In this document: one piece after another, positions 31,320 through 40,204 of the stretch | Position numbering within the stretch: the first letter of the stretch is position 1 | Layout of the letters: every line of letters starts with the position of its first letter | NCBI GenBank assembly: GCA_002010215.1 | Contig: MTMY01000001.1 | Coordinates: 1 to 52,401, forward strand | Direction of reading: 5' to 3' | Source: Archaeoglobus sp. JdFR-37 | GTDB taxonomy: Archaea; Halobacteriota; Archaeoglobi; Archaeoglobales; Archaeoglobaceae | Length of the DNA: 52,401 nt | Program-made: the position numbers and the translations under genes | The notes under the pieces: model-generated | The model's input: the letters and a program-made list of their open reading frames with translations, nothing else | The model's database searches: none | Told to the model about the DNA's origin: nothing

Positions 31320-31598
31320 ATGAGGCGCCAGCACACAGAGATAGCCATAACCCTGGCCCTGTTTGTAGTGGCTGAGCTGCTTTTAGACGCTTTGGCCGGT
31401 GACTGGCTGAAGCAGCAATTACAGAGTTTTCTTGGTGGCATTCCTGCAGCTATCGGTTTTGTAGCGGTGCTGGCGCTGATATGGGTGAGAGTTAGCAAGT
31501 ATGAGGCGTTGGCTGGTTTAGGAGGGAGTAGAGGTAGAAGGAAGGCTGGAGGCAAGAAAGGAGGTGTGAAAAAGGAAAGTAGGAAAGGAGGGAGATGA
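31320..31598 (+). CDS. Small viral membrane protein (2 TM, basic C-terminal tail)
   Basis: Two hydrophobic helices, K/R/G-rich tail; TTTATATA ~25 nt upstream. Confidence 0.7.
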   Translation: MRRQHTEIAITLALFVVAELLLDALAGDWLKQQLQSFLGGIPAAIGFVAVLALIWVRVSKYEALAGLGGSRGRRKAGGKKGGVKKESRKGGR

Positions 31599-31602
31599 AA
31601 GG

Positions 31603-32013
31603 ATGAGTAAGGTAAGGAGAGTTGGAGGGGCTGTAAAAGCCCAGTATGGACATCATTGGGGCGGCAGCTTCAAGAAGGGTCGCATAGGGCTCATGGAAGT
31701 CGGAGCGCTGGTTTTCTATGTACTCGCCAGCATCGCTGCGTTCGGATTGGGTTCGCTGAGTCTTTCATGGCTCACTGACTTTACATGGCTTATCGTGATT
31801 ACAACGATGCTGATAGTGCTTTCTCAGAAGAAAGACGTCACTCTGACGGGTGTCGAGGTAATTGGAGCTATTGTGGCAGTTGTGCTTCCCCTAGCGGCAG
31901 CGGGGCAGCTTACTTCAGTGGGCATTGACATAAGCAGCTATGTCGCTTCAAACGGCTTCCTGCTGTTTCTGATAAGCGTTGCGGGGGCAATTGTAGCAGC
32001 TACTCAGGATTGA
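31603..32013 (+). CDS. VP3-like matrix/internal membrane protein
   Basis: Basic N-terminus plus ~4 TM, directly upstream of the spike as in pleolipoviruses. Confidence 0.65.
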   Translation: MSKVRRVGGAVKAQYGHHWGGSFKKGRIGLMEVGALVFYVLASIAAFGLGSLSLSWLTDFTWLIVITTMLIVLSQKKDVTLTGVEVIGAIVAVVLPLAAAGQLTSVGIDISSYVASNGFLLFLISVAGAIVAATQD

Positions 32014-32053
32014 AGGAAGATCAGGTTTTTCTCAAAATTTTTTACCAAGAGGG

Positions 32054-33574
32054 GTGGGGCAGATGAGCAACAAAAGAAGGGCAGTAATGGCCGCATTTAT
32101 GCTAACGATGCTGATAGGGCAGACTGTGGCAATACCGCTAATTATCCCGCTGGCAATTGGCGGAATAATTGGGGCTGGCGCCATCGGTTACTGGCTTGGA
32201 TTGCAGAAGTCAGAGGAATATCAGCAGCTAATAGCGGATTATGAGGCTCAGCTGACTTCAAACACTATTCAAAACGACATTAACACACGTTTATATCTGC
32301 AAGAGATCTATGCAAGGGACAACAACATAATAGCGCTTGGTCAGGATTTGTTGCAATATTCACGTAATTATGCGTGGGCTCTGGCAAAGTATGAAGCTTT
32401 GAAGGTCTTGGATACTGAGCTAAACAATGGTTCTAACTTCACGACTGCAAAAACTCTGGCAAAGCAGAAGGCACATGATGCTGTCTATAACTACTATGTC
32501 AATGTGACAAAGAACATCATAGCGCTGCATAATGAGACAGTAGAACTGATCTCTTATGCATTGTATAACTATAGCAACATTGGAATTAGTGAGGTTAAAC
32601 TTGAAGGTAGTCATTTCATCGTTGGTTCAGGCAGTGCTAGCGGTTACGTTAGATTTGATAATAATACTGGAGTGTGGAAGAACTGGCGAACAACTTGGGG
32701 ATCTGAGAGACAGACTAATTTCCAGAATGACTGGACAGAGCCGGAAACTCTGAATCTGCTTGGCACGAGTTTTAACATGAGCAGATTAGATTTGATCTTT
32801 GATTGTCCTGATGATCCGGGATATACCGTCCATTTGTATGCCACAAAGGTCTATATTGCTGGTGATTTGGTTTACAATAAGACAAAGTACACAGATGTGC
32901 TTAATGCGATTGACAGCGAATATAACATGATCAACTCTAACATTGATGCATACATTGATGGGCTTGCCCAGAGTTATGTTGATCAGTGGAATATTACGGC
33001 TCTGATTGATCCATACATCTTGGCTGGCTTGTTGAATCAGGATCTCAATGAAACAGGTTATCATGGTTATGCTGCTGCAGAGTTGGCCCTTATGGGTCTG
33101 AACACTACGGGCATTAATACGACTGTTAACATTACTGTCTATGATGGCGGTAATGCGACAGTCATGGAGGGCTGGCTGTTTACAGACTGGCAGGGAACCC
33201 TTGAAACTGGCCAGAATTATACGGCTAACAGCAGTTATAAGTGGTTCTTCGTTACTGATGGGGGTGTCTATGATCTAACTGGCTATAACTTCAGTGTTGG
33301 ATCTCTCAAGGATTGGCAGGGTAACAGTTTGACAAATGTAACCTTGAAGCGATATGTCAGCCATACCGGTGACGTTGTGAAGATGTATGATGAGCTCTCG
33401 CAAATAAGGCAGCTTTACGAGGAGTACATCAACAACCTGCAGGCTATGGCAGCAGGAGGGGGCAGTGGGGGCTTTGACCTCTCTGCCTGGTGGGCTTCGC
33501 TGGATCAGACTGCTAAGCTTGGAGTTGTTGCCGTTGGAGCAGTAGGCCTTTACGCAGTTCTCAGGAGAAAGTGA
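32054..33574 (+). CDS. VP4-like spike/membrane fusion protein
   Basis: Signal peptide, hydrophobic IPLIIPLAIGGIIGAGAIGYW segment, ~18 N-x-S/T sequons, GGGSGG linker, C-terminal TM plus RRK; 506 aa. Confidence 0.8.
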   Translation: MGQMSNKRRAVMAAFMLTMLIGQTVAIPLIIPLAIGGIIGAGAIGYWLGLQKSEEYQQLIADYEAQLTSNTIQNDINTRLYLQEIYARDNNIIALGQDLLQYSRNYAWALAKYEALKVLDTELNNGSNFTTAKTLAKQKAHDAVYNYYVNVTKNIIALHNETVELISYALYNYSNIGISEVKLEGSHFIVGSGSASGYVRFDNNTGVWKNWRTTWGSERQTNFQNDWTEPETLNLLGTSFNMSRLDLIFDCPDDPGYTVHLYATKVYIAGDLVYNKTKYTDVLNAIDSEYNMINSNIDAYIDGLAQSYVDQWNITALIDPYILAGLLNQDLNETGYHGYAAAELALMGLNTTGINTTVNITVYDGGNATVMEGWLFTDWQGTLETGQNYTANSSYKWFFVTDGGVYDLTGYNFSVGSLKDWQGNSLTNVTLKRYVSHTGDVVKMYDELSQIRQLYEEYINNLQAMAAGGGSGGFDLSAWWASLDQTAKLGVVAVGAVGLYAVLRRK

Positions 33575-33607
33575 CCTTTTCCCCTTATTTTTAATATGGT
33601 GGTTTAG

Positions 33608-35026
33608 ATGGCTAGGGGAGCTTTCGTTTTCTTGCTATTTTTCTTGGTGTCATTGGTGCTTATTCCGGCCAGCGCTGACTACATAGACATGTCAAAATTT
33701 GCCAGGAATGCAACGGTTCAGGAGCTTGGGAAGTTCAGCAGCCAGCCAGATTTAGTTTACTGGAGCAACGAGACGAAGAAATTCATAACCGGCACAGAAA
33801 GCAAGTGGGTGATTGATAGCTGGGCTTATGTGGTTGACTATGACCTGAATAAGGGCTATATCGTGGTATATACCAACAGGACTGAGCCAGTAACCATTGT
33901 TGACGTCTTTGGTGGCACTTGGAAGAAAGCAACAATCCATAAAGGCTACAACTATTTCAATTTCTCCGGAGTGCAGGAATATGCCGGGCTTAAGGTTGTA
34001 ACAATAGGCTCACCCTCAGGTTTCGCCATCTTAAAGCAGAAAAGGGATATTTTCTACTTTGAGGACTATCCCATAGCCATCCTTAAATCTGAGCTGGCAA
34101 AGTTTAGCTGGCAGAGGGCAGCGGGAGCCTTGGGGCTTTTCCTTGTGGGCTTCGCATTGAGCTATTGGCTTAAGCGGGAGAGGCTTTTGATCAGCTTTGT
34201 TGACAATCTGGTAATAATATCGGTCTGCATTATTCTAATTCTGGCTGTTCTGAGTGTAGATTATACAACAACGATGGTTAACATCCCTGCAGGCAACTCT
34301 ACAATAGCTAAGGAGATTCCTGCCTTAGAGCTTAGCAAGGAGAAGGTCAGGGATATGTATAACTGGGCTTTCGCTGTATTCTTCATAGCGGGCTTTCTCT
34401 TTGCCATGCGCTTGGCAGACTACGAAAAGCTTTACCTGGCTATCGTGGATTACTCTAAACCAATCAGGCTTTATGAGCTGCCATATCTCCCAAAGAAGGG
34501 GCTCATCAGGGATTTTGATAACAGATTAACCAAGATCAGCTTTAAGGAGGACTTTAAGCAGCTCATAAGCTTTGAGCTGGATGGGAAGAGTGTTAAGGGT
34601 ATTCTGGCGGTGAAGGCAGAGGACAGGGTTAACGACAGCAAGGCGGAGTTTAACGCCAGGTATAGCCTGATTGCTTTCTTTGCCATGCTTATAATCTCGG
34701 TTGTGGCAAATTATCTCAATGCCTTCAAAATAGATCTGGCTTATTCGTTGCTTTTAGCAGCGATAACTGCCTCAATATTCAACATCAAGGCCATAAAACA
34801 GCATTTCAGCCTAGAAGTCACTAAAACAAAGCTCATTGAATGCAGCGAGATAATGAACGAGGATAACTATACCAAGATGCTCAAAAACGCCCAGATCAAG
34901 CAGATTGCCGAGGATTACAACAAGCTGTTGAGGGCTTACGTTAGGGAGAAGATTACGATGCCACGCAAAACTGTCAGTGAGCTTTTGAGCGTCATCAGGG
35001 AAGTAAAGGGTGGTGGCGATGAGTAG
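33608..35026 (+). CDS. Viral multi-pass membrane protein (post-spike morphogenesis position)
   Basis: Signal peptide, extracellular domain, ~5 TM; lies between spike and NTPase. Confidence 0.65.
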   Translation: MARGAFVFLLFFLVSLVLIPASADYIDMSKFARNATVQELGKFSSQPDLVYWSNETKKFITGTESKWVIDSWAYVVDYDLNKGYIVVYTNRTEPVTIVDVFGGTWKKATIHKGYNYFNFSGVQEYAGLKVVTIGSPSGFAILKQKRDIFYFEDYPIAILKSELAKFSWQRAAGALGLFLVGFALSYWLKRERLLISFVDNLVIISVCIILILAVLSVDYTTTMVNIPAGNSTIAKEIPALELSKEKVRDMYNWAFAVFFIAGFLFAMRLADYEKLYLAIVDYSKPIRLYELPYLPKKGLIRDFDNRLTKISFKEDFKQLISFELDGKSVKGILAVKAEDRVNDSKAEFNARYSLIAFFAMLIISVVANYLNAFKIDLAYSLLLAAITASIFNIKAIKQHFSLEVTKTKLIECSEIMNEDNYTKMLKNAQIKQIAEDYNKLLRAYVREKITMPRKTVSELLSVIREVKGGGDE

Positions 35027-35384
35027 GGTGAACTTAAAAGCTAATGACAAGGTAGAACAGCTTAAACGCTTTATCAGTTACCGATTAGGCAAAAAGTTAG
35101 GTCTTGGAACCCTAGTTTTTGATCCTTTTGGTGATAGGCTTATTTTCCTTTTAGACGTTGCAGAGAAGGAATTTGGCAAGGAGGCGAGAGATGAGCTTTT
35201 CAGGTTTCTGGAGCCTTACCACAAAATGAGGGTTTTGAAGACTCTTCAGAATGAGGCAATTAAGCAGAAATTCTGGATAGCGGCAAGCGATCTGGCTAAA
35301 CAGGATGGCGAGAAAGAGAAAGTGGAAGAAAGCGATGATGACATTTTGGGCTTATTCGATGGCGGGGAGGGATTGGATGAATAA
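35019..35384 (+). CDS. Viral hypothetical protein
   Basis: Overlaps both neighbours; acidic tail. Confidence 0.65.
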   Translation: MSRVNLKANDKVEQLKRFISYRLGKKLGLGTLVFDPFGDRLIFLLDVAEKEFGKEARDELFRFLEPYHKMRVLKTLQNEAIKQKFWIAASDLAKQDGEKEKVEESDDDILGLFDGGEGLDE

Positions 35385-36417
35385 GCTCATGAACGTTATA
35401 AATTCGGCAATAGAGAATGATGGCTTTCTTTTTATCGGGATTCTCGGTGATAAAGGGCTTGGCAAAACAGTGTTGGGCATGAACATAACCTTTGACATTC
35501 TGAAGGATTGGCGGGCTGTGTTGAAGCACATGGTGTTTACCATTACCGATTTCAGCAATCTGTCAGGGAGGAGCGATCTGATACGTCATACTGATGGCAG
35601 AATTAAAGCGGTGTTGTGGGATGATTTTGCTTTGCATACATCATCATATGGTTTTACGAAAAAGGGAGAAAGAGAGCAGCTTATTGACTTTATAGAGGAT
35701 TTTGAGGTTGTTAGGGAAGAGGTTGCTGTTCTGATTGTAACTGCTGCCACCTGGGAGATGATCCCACCAAAGCTCAGGGATGCTGCCCATATCTTCATAC
35801 AGATGACAAAGAGGGGAAAAGGAGAGGTATGGGCAAAGCAGAGGGGATGGCTGTTTTTGAGAAAGGATTACAAGAAAATCGGGGAAATCGAGAGTCAGAA
35901 GATTCCTGATGAAATCTATAATGAGTATAGGGAGATGAAGCGTAAAGCCAAGAGAGTAAAGGAGAAAATGGCAGTTATTAAGCAGAAGGAAAGGGCACGA
36001 AAACTGGCATTGGAGCTTTCCTCAGAAGAGTGGAAGGACATAGACCTGTTAACTGCTTATGGCATTCTGGACATGCATGGCAACTTAACAGAGTTCGGGA
36101 GGCTGGTTAAGAAGTATGCGGAAGAGGTTGGGGTGGAGCCTGAGAATGGGCATATAACATATAATAAGTGGTATGTGCGTGGGATGGGAAAATCCCACTT
36201 GACGGAGATAAGCAAAAGCGTGACAAGGGTCAATGATAGAGGTAGAATTGTGGTCCCATATGAGCTGAGGAAAAAATATGGGATTCAACAAAAAAGCGTG
36301 TTCTTGTGGCTTGATTTTGGTAAATTTGTCATAGGCTTACCGGATATCCAGTATGAGGAGTTTGTAAACTTTTTCTTTGATGAAGAGAAAGGGGAAGTTG
36401 AAGAGGTGGGAGGTTGA
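35377..36417 (+). CDS. Viral P-loop NTPase with C-terminal AbrB-like domain
   Basis: Walker A GDKGLGKT, Walker B VLWDD; C-terminal VNDRGRIVVPYELRKKYGI; start moved to MNKLM. Confidence 0.8.
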   Translation: MNKLMNVINSAIENDGFLFIGILGDKGLGKTVLGMNITFDILKDWRAVLKHMVFTITDFSNLSGRSDLIRHTDGRIKAVLWDDFALHTSSYGFTKKGEREQLIDFIEDFEVVREEVAVLIVTAATWEMIPPKLRDAAHIFIQMTKRGKGEVWAKQRGWLFLRKDYKKIGEIESQKIPDEIYNEYREMKRKAKRVKEKMAVIKQKERARKLALELSSEEWKDIDLLTAYGILDMHGNLTEFGRLVKKYAEEVGVEPENGHITYNKWYVRGMGKSHLTEISKSVTRVNDRGRIVVPYELRKKYGIQQKSVFLWLDFGKFVIGLPDIQYEEFVNFFFDEEKGEVEEVGG

Positions 36418-36680
36418 CAGATATACTTAGTGCATCCCCCCTCCTCATTCTTATTGGGTTGGTGGTGCTATCCTGGTTCACAGGCAGCAAGCTGATCAAG
36501 GTTGTTGCTTTGGCGGTATTTTTTGGGGTTCCACTTATCCAAGGTCAAACAGCTTTGCCTAATAGCTTGGATGTCAGTCAGTTTTTGGATTTCGTGATTA
36601 ATACGGTTAGTTACTGGCTTACTGAGGCTCTGGACAGCTTGATTAATTACATCAAGGCCAAGTTGATTGGGAGCATTTAG
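36414..36680 (+). CDS. Small viral membrane protein
   Basis: TTG start overlapping the NTPase stop, GGAGG RBS, 2 TM. Confidence 0.65.
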   Translation: MTDILSASPLLILIGLVVLSWFTGSKLIKVVALAVFFGVPLIQGQTALPNSLDVSQFLDFVINTVSYWLTEALDSLINYIKAKLIGSI

Positions 36681-36697
36681 ATCCTGTTCTCCAGGTT

Positions 36698-36784
36698 TGT
36701 GTCCACACTCCTGCAGAGCTCCCTGTGTCCACATTACGGTCCTATGCTTGTGTCCACAATCCTAGATCTTTCTCTGTGACCACA
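36698..36784. repeat. Array of four TGTG(T/A)CCACA quasi-palindromes at 25-26 bp period
   Basis: Copies at 36698, 36724, 36749, 36775. Confidence 0.9.
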
Positions 36785-36858
36785 ACCAGCATGATAATTC
36801 CTTACTTTCACTCCACCCAAAACTCCTATTTTCTGATAAACTGAGCCTTTTTTCACCG

Positions 36859-37143
36859 GTGATGAGTATGAATGTTGAACAGGATTTGATGGATTACAGG
36901 TTTAGAGCCGTTCTGAGGGCTGGTAAGAAGGGTGACCATAGCATAAGTATAGATGCCAGAAAGATTGCTGTGAGAAACAACGTGGACAGGAAGGGCGGAC
37001 TTTACAGGCTGAACCTTGAGCAAATCATGATTGAGTTTGGTGAGGATTTGGCGATGGAGTTCTGGGAAGTTTTGATGTATCTGTTACCGGAGATGAAGGT
37101 AAAGGAGGCGATTAAGGAGTACGTGGAGAGGATGAGTTTTTGA
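36859..37143 (+). CDS. Viral hypothetical protein
   Basis: 94-aa ORF downstream of the repeat array. Confidence 0.6.
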   Translation: MMSMNVEQDLMDYRFRAVLRAGKKGDHSISIDARKIAVRNNVDRKGGLYRLNLEQIMIEFGEDLAMEFWEVLMYLLPEMKVKEAIKEYVERMSF

Positions 37144-37189
37144 CAGCTCTGGAGGTAAGGTATTTTATTTTTCAAGAAGATGTGAGATT

Positions 37190-37312
37190 ATGAGTGATGA
37201 GCTGACTGATGAGGAGATTAAGGAAGTGGAGGAGATCATTGAGGCATGCAAGACTGGAAAGATGAAGGTTTATACTATTGAGGAAGCAAAGAAGGAGTTA
37301 GGCCTTGAATGA
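37190..37312 (+). CDS. 40-aa acidic RelB-like antitoxin candidate
   Basis: MSDELTDEEIKEVEEIIEACKTGKMKVYTIEEAKKELGLE*; ATGA overlap with the next ORF. Confidence 0.55.
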   Translation: MSDELTDEEIKEVEEIIEACKTGKMKVYTIEEAKKELGLE

Positions 37313-37407
37313 GTTTTGAGGTCAGGCTTTCTGATGTATCTGTTACTGAGGTGAGAGTAAAGGAAGCGATGAAGGAGCTGGATATTGACTGGACTCTACT
37401 GCCATAA
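37309..37407 (+). pseudogene. Possible RelE-like toxin stub fused to a duplicated fragment of the 36859 gene
   Basis: MSFEVRLS start; 37332-37377 resembles 37073-37119. Confidence 0.4.
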
Positions 37408-37467
37408 TGTTAAAAAGGCATTGAGATTGTGAAAGAACCAGAATTTTAACCTCATGGAGTGAACTAA

Positions 37468-37719
37468 ATGATCAGATTTTCAGAACATGCACTGAAAAGA
37501 GCTGAAGAGAGGGGGATAGATTTAAGTCAGGTTGAACTAGTAATCAGGGAACCACTGGAAGTAATTGACGTGAAATTTGGAAGAAAAGCGGTGTTCAGAC
37601 AGCTTGAAGAAAAATATCTCGTTGTAATTTATGAAGAACAAAATGATGAAATAGTTGTAGTTACAACGTTAAAAGTGGATAAGGAGAGGCTGAAAAGATA
37701 TGGTTTCAGTAGAGTTTGA
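37468..37719 (+). CDS. DUF4258-like (BrnT/RelE-fold) putative toxin
   Basis: FSEHALKRAEERGI...LVVIYE...IVVVT. Confidence 0.75.
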   Translation: MIRFSEHALKRAEERGIDLSQVELVIREPLEVIDVKFGRKAVFRQLEEKYLVVIYEEQNDEIVVVTTLKVDKERLKRYGFSRV

Positions 37720-37906
37720 TCCCGAAGTAAATGCGATGTTCATAAGGTTTAAAGACGGAAAGGTGGCAGAATCGGAGCCCTTAGCTGACAATATCATCGT
37801 GGATCTGGATGAGGATGGAGAAGTTGTGGGAATAGAAATTCTCCTGCCAAAGCTCGAAAGGGAGCAAAAGGAGTTTGTTGAAAGGATATTGAAGGCAAAG
37901 GTTTGA
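37700..37906 (+). CDS. DUF2283-like putative antitoxin
   Basis: FDPEVNAMFIRF...IIVDLDEDGEVVGIEIL. Confidence 0.85.
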   Translation: MVSVEFDPEVNAMFIRFKDGKVAESEPLADNIIVDLDEDGEVVGIEILLPKLEREQKEFVERILKAKV

Positions 37907-38073
37907 AGAATTAATGATTTCCAGTGCTCATTCTTCTGTTTGATTCTTCTGTTTTATTTCTCTCAGCTATTTGAGGAGATCAGGAAGTGAAACGGTTTCC
38001 TCCATGGCTGATAGTTTTAACAAGGAAGAGGTTTAGCATTAGAGTTTTTGGTAGGAAAAGTTACTTCTCAAAC

Positions 38074-38394
38074 TTACCGAGTTAGAATTTCTAAAAGCAA
38101 GGAAAACGTGAGCCCTGTCCAAAGACCATATGTTATAACATAAACAACGTTGTAGATTCTCTGAAGTTTCGGACTCATTCTTTTTTTCCTCCTATAGCTT
38201 TTCAGAAACCAGAGTGAAGCTGAGAAAATTATCACAATGAGTAGATATATCGGGTTTTTGTTTGTGAGAAAATTCATGAAAAGTATAATTTGCCAGAGGG
38301 CTGCATTAGCCCACATGAAGTTTTCTATGTCTCTGCTATTGCGGATTATCCAGTTTTCTGTTCTTTCATACATTTTGTATAGGAAATCGCTCAT
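38074..38394 (-). CDS. Cargo membrane protein (~3 TM)
   Basis: Hydrophobic segments; coupled to the upstream ORF. Confidence 0.6.
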   Translation of the reverse strand: MSDFLYKMYERTENWIIRNSRDIENFMWANAALWQIILFMNFLTNKNPIYLLIVIIFSASLWFLKSYRRKKRMSPKLQRIYNVVYVITYGLWTGLTFSLLLEILTR

Positions 38395-38693
38395 CTTAAT
38401 CTCCTCCGGGCGGAATACAGTTTGTAATTCAGGTATTCGATTTCATCTCTTATCGAATTAATTTTTTCGTTTAACATTAGGAGGAAAAGCAGGATGAGGA
38501 GATCAGCCCACATGGCTGGATAAGTTGAGGAGGTTGGCGATACGATTGTAATGCTGATATTGATGTAGGACTTTTTTAACAAGCTATCGACAATGTGCTG
38601 GATGATTGGGATAAGAACTGCGCTTATTATTGCTATTTTCAGGTTTTGTGGTATCTTTTTTATAATCGGTTGTTCCTGGGGTATTTCGTTCAC
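38391..38693 (-). CDS. Cargo membrane protein (2 TM plus coiled tail)
   Basis: Hydrophobic segments; 4-nt overlaps on both sides. Confidence 0.6.
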   Translation of the reverse strand: MNEIPQEQPIIKKIPQNLKIAIISAVLIPIIQHIVDSLLKKSYINISITIVSPTSSTYPAMWADLLILLFLLMLNEKINSIRDEIEYLNYKLYSARRRLR

Positions 38694-39205
38694 CCCTCAC
38701 CCCCCATCAATTCCCCACTAACTCTGTCAAGCTCCTTTGAAGGCATCCTTATCCTCAAATGGTGTATCAGAAAGATCGCTGAGGCAATAAAGAAAATAAA
38801 GGGAGAAGACCCTAAGAAAGGTGGAGGATGGTTTATTTGTTTGAGAAGCTGCTCAAATATTACGAAAAAGCCAATCTCAAACAATCCAACTAAGAAGGCG
38901 AAGAAAGAGGTTATTAAAACTGTTTTTCGGAATTTTAAGCTTAACAATCCAAATATTATTGAAAGGAAAAAGCATATCAGTATTATTTGATAGAGAGACT
39001 CCAGGATACCCATTAAATTTGAGGTTTTTTGACCGTAAGAGGGTATTTTTTCTGTGTAGATGAACAGGTCGAAAATATTGTATTCGACATTTCCCATAAT
39101 GGCAGTGGGAAGAACGATTCCTAAGATGAGGAGTAATAAACCTAAGTATGGTAGCAATCTTTTCTTTTTTGGTTTGGTTTCAGGGTTTTTGGCACTCATC
39201 CTCAC
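38690..39205 (-). CDS. Cargo membrane protein (~4 TM)
   Basis: Hydrophobic segments; GGTGAGG near the start. Confidence 0.65.
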   Translation of the reverse strand: MRMSAKNPETKPKKKRLLPYLGLLLLILGIVLPTAIMGNVEYNIFDLFIYTEKIPSYGQKTSNLMGILESLYQIILICFFLSIIFGLLSLKFRKTVLITSFFAFLVGLFEIGFFVIFEQLLKQINHPPPFLGSSPFIFFIASAIFLIHHLRIRMPSKELDRVSGELMGGEG

Positions 39206-39268
39206 CCACCCTTTACGCCCCCAATAACTTGGTTAGGAATAGACATCTCTCACTATTTTTGCCTTAAC

Positions 39269-40201
39269 TTACCAATCACGAACAACCCTCGTAGATTCCA
39301 CTTCTCTCTTTCCACCTTTTGATATCTTCCAAAGTTTATTAGCTGCTCGTGCTGTGGTGATTGCAATCTCTCTCCAATTATCAACAATGTCCGGGCTATC
39401 ATCGGGATGTGCTCTTTTATTTCTTAAGTTACGTAAAAAATCAACAAGACTTTTAATTTCCTGGGTTATTACTCGTTCACTGTTGTCTTTCCATCTCACA
39501 CGATATAATCCTCCAGTAAGATCTGCAAGGCTTTGCTCATGAAGCGGCTCTTGTTTATCTTTTCCTTTTTTTGTTATGGTTACTCCTAAATTTTTTGAAA
39601 TCCGGCGTAATACACCTTCTAAACCTCTTAAAGCGGCAAAAACTCCTTGCTCCTCCATACCCACCGAGAATAAATCACGAGCAACTCTGAAATCCTTTTG
39701 TAAATCTGGAGGTAAGTCTTTGATTTCATCCATCAAGAACCTATTAAATTCCTCCGTCAATTCGTAGAATCCATCTAAAAGTTTTTTCGCCGCCCTCAGA
39801 TATTCTTTTATTTCTCTCTCTATTCGGCGAGTTTGACTGTATCGCTCCCAGTGAAGATGCAAGTCTTTGGCATAAAGAAAATCGTAAGCATAGCGGCTTT
39901 TGGCTAATTCTGGGAAGTAGAGGAATATATACTCAGCAAGCGAGGATATTGTCTCAACAAGGTCTAGAGTCTTGGTTAAAATATCTTTATTCCAACGTTC
40001 ACCCTCTGGTTGGCTACGGACTAACCTTTCCAGTTTCTCTACACTATCGTAAAACTCAAGGAAGTGCTTTGTGAGATTCATCATGTTATTGAACAGACAC
40101 TCTACCATCATTCCATCATAAGGGCCACGGTGGTCAATGAAGTAGGGGTTCACGTAATTTTTGAATTCATCAAACGAGTTCCAGCTTTTACGTTCTGACA
40201 T
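39269..40201 (-). CDS. Protein with C-terminal HEPN/DUF4145-like domain
   Basis: ARDLFSVG...AALRGLEGVL helix and RNKRAH (RxxxxH) motif. Confidence 0.65.
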   Translation of the reverse strand: MSERKSWNSFDEFKNYVNPYFIDHRGPYDGMMVECLFNNMMNLTKHFLEFYDSVEKLERLVRSQPEGERWNKDILTKTLDLVETISSLAEYIFLYFPELAKSRYAYDFLYAKDLHLHWERYSQTRRIEREIKEYLRAAKKLLDGFYELTEEFNRFLMDEIKDLPPDLQKDFRVARDLFSVGMEEQGVFAALRGLEGVLRRISKNLGVTITKKGKDKQEPLHEQSLADLTGGLYRVRWKDNSERVITQEIKSLVDFLRNLRNKRAHPDDSPDIVDNWREIAITTARAANKLWKISKGGKREVESTRVVRDW

Positions 40202-40204
40202 CAG

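Noticed and set aside
36698..36784. Mini-CRISPR array interpretation of the periodic repeats
   Set aside because: Repeats are 10 bp and spacers 15-16 bp, far below CRISPR dimensions; no leader or cas genes in the window
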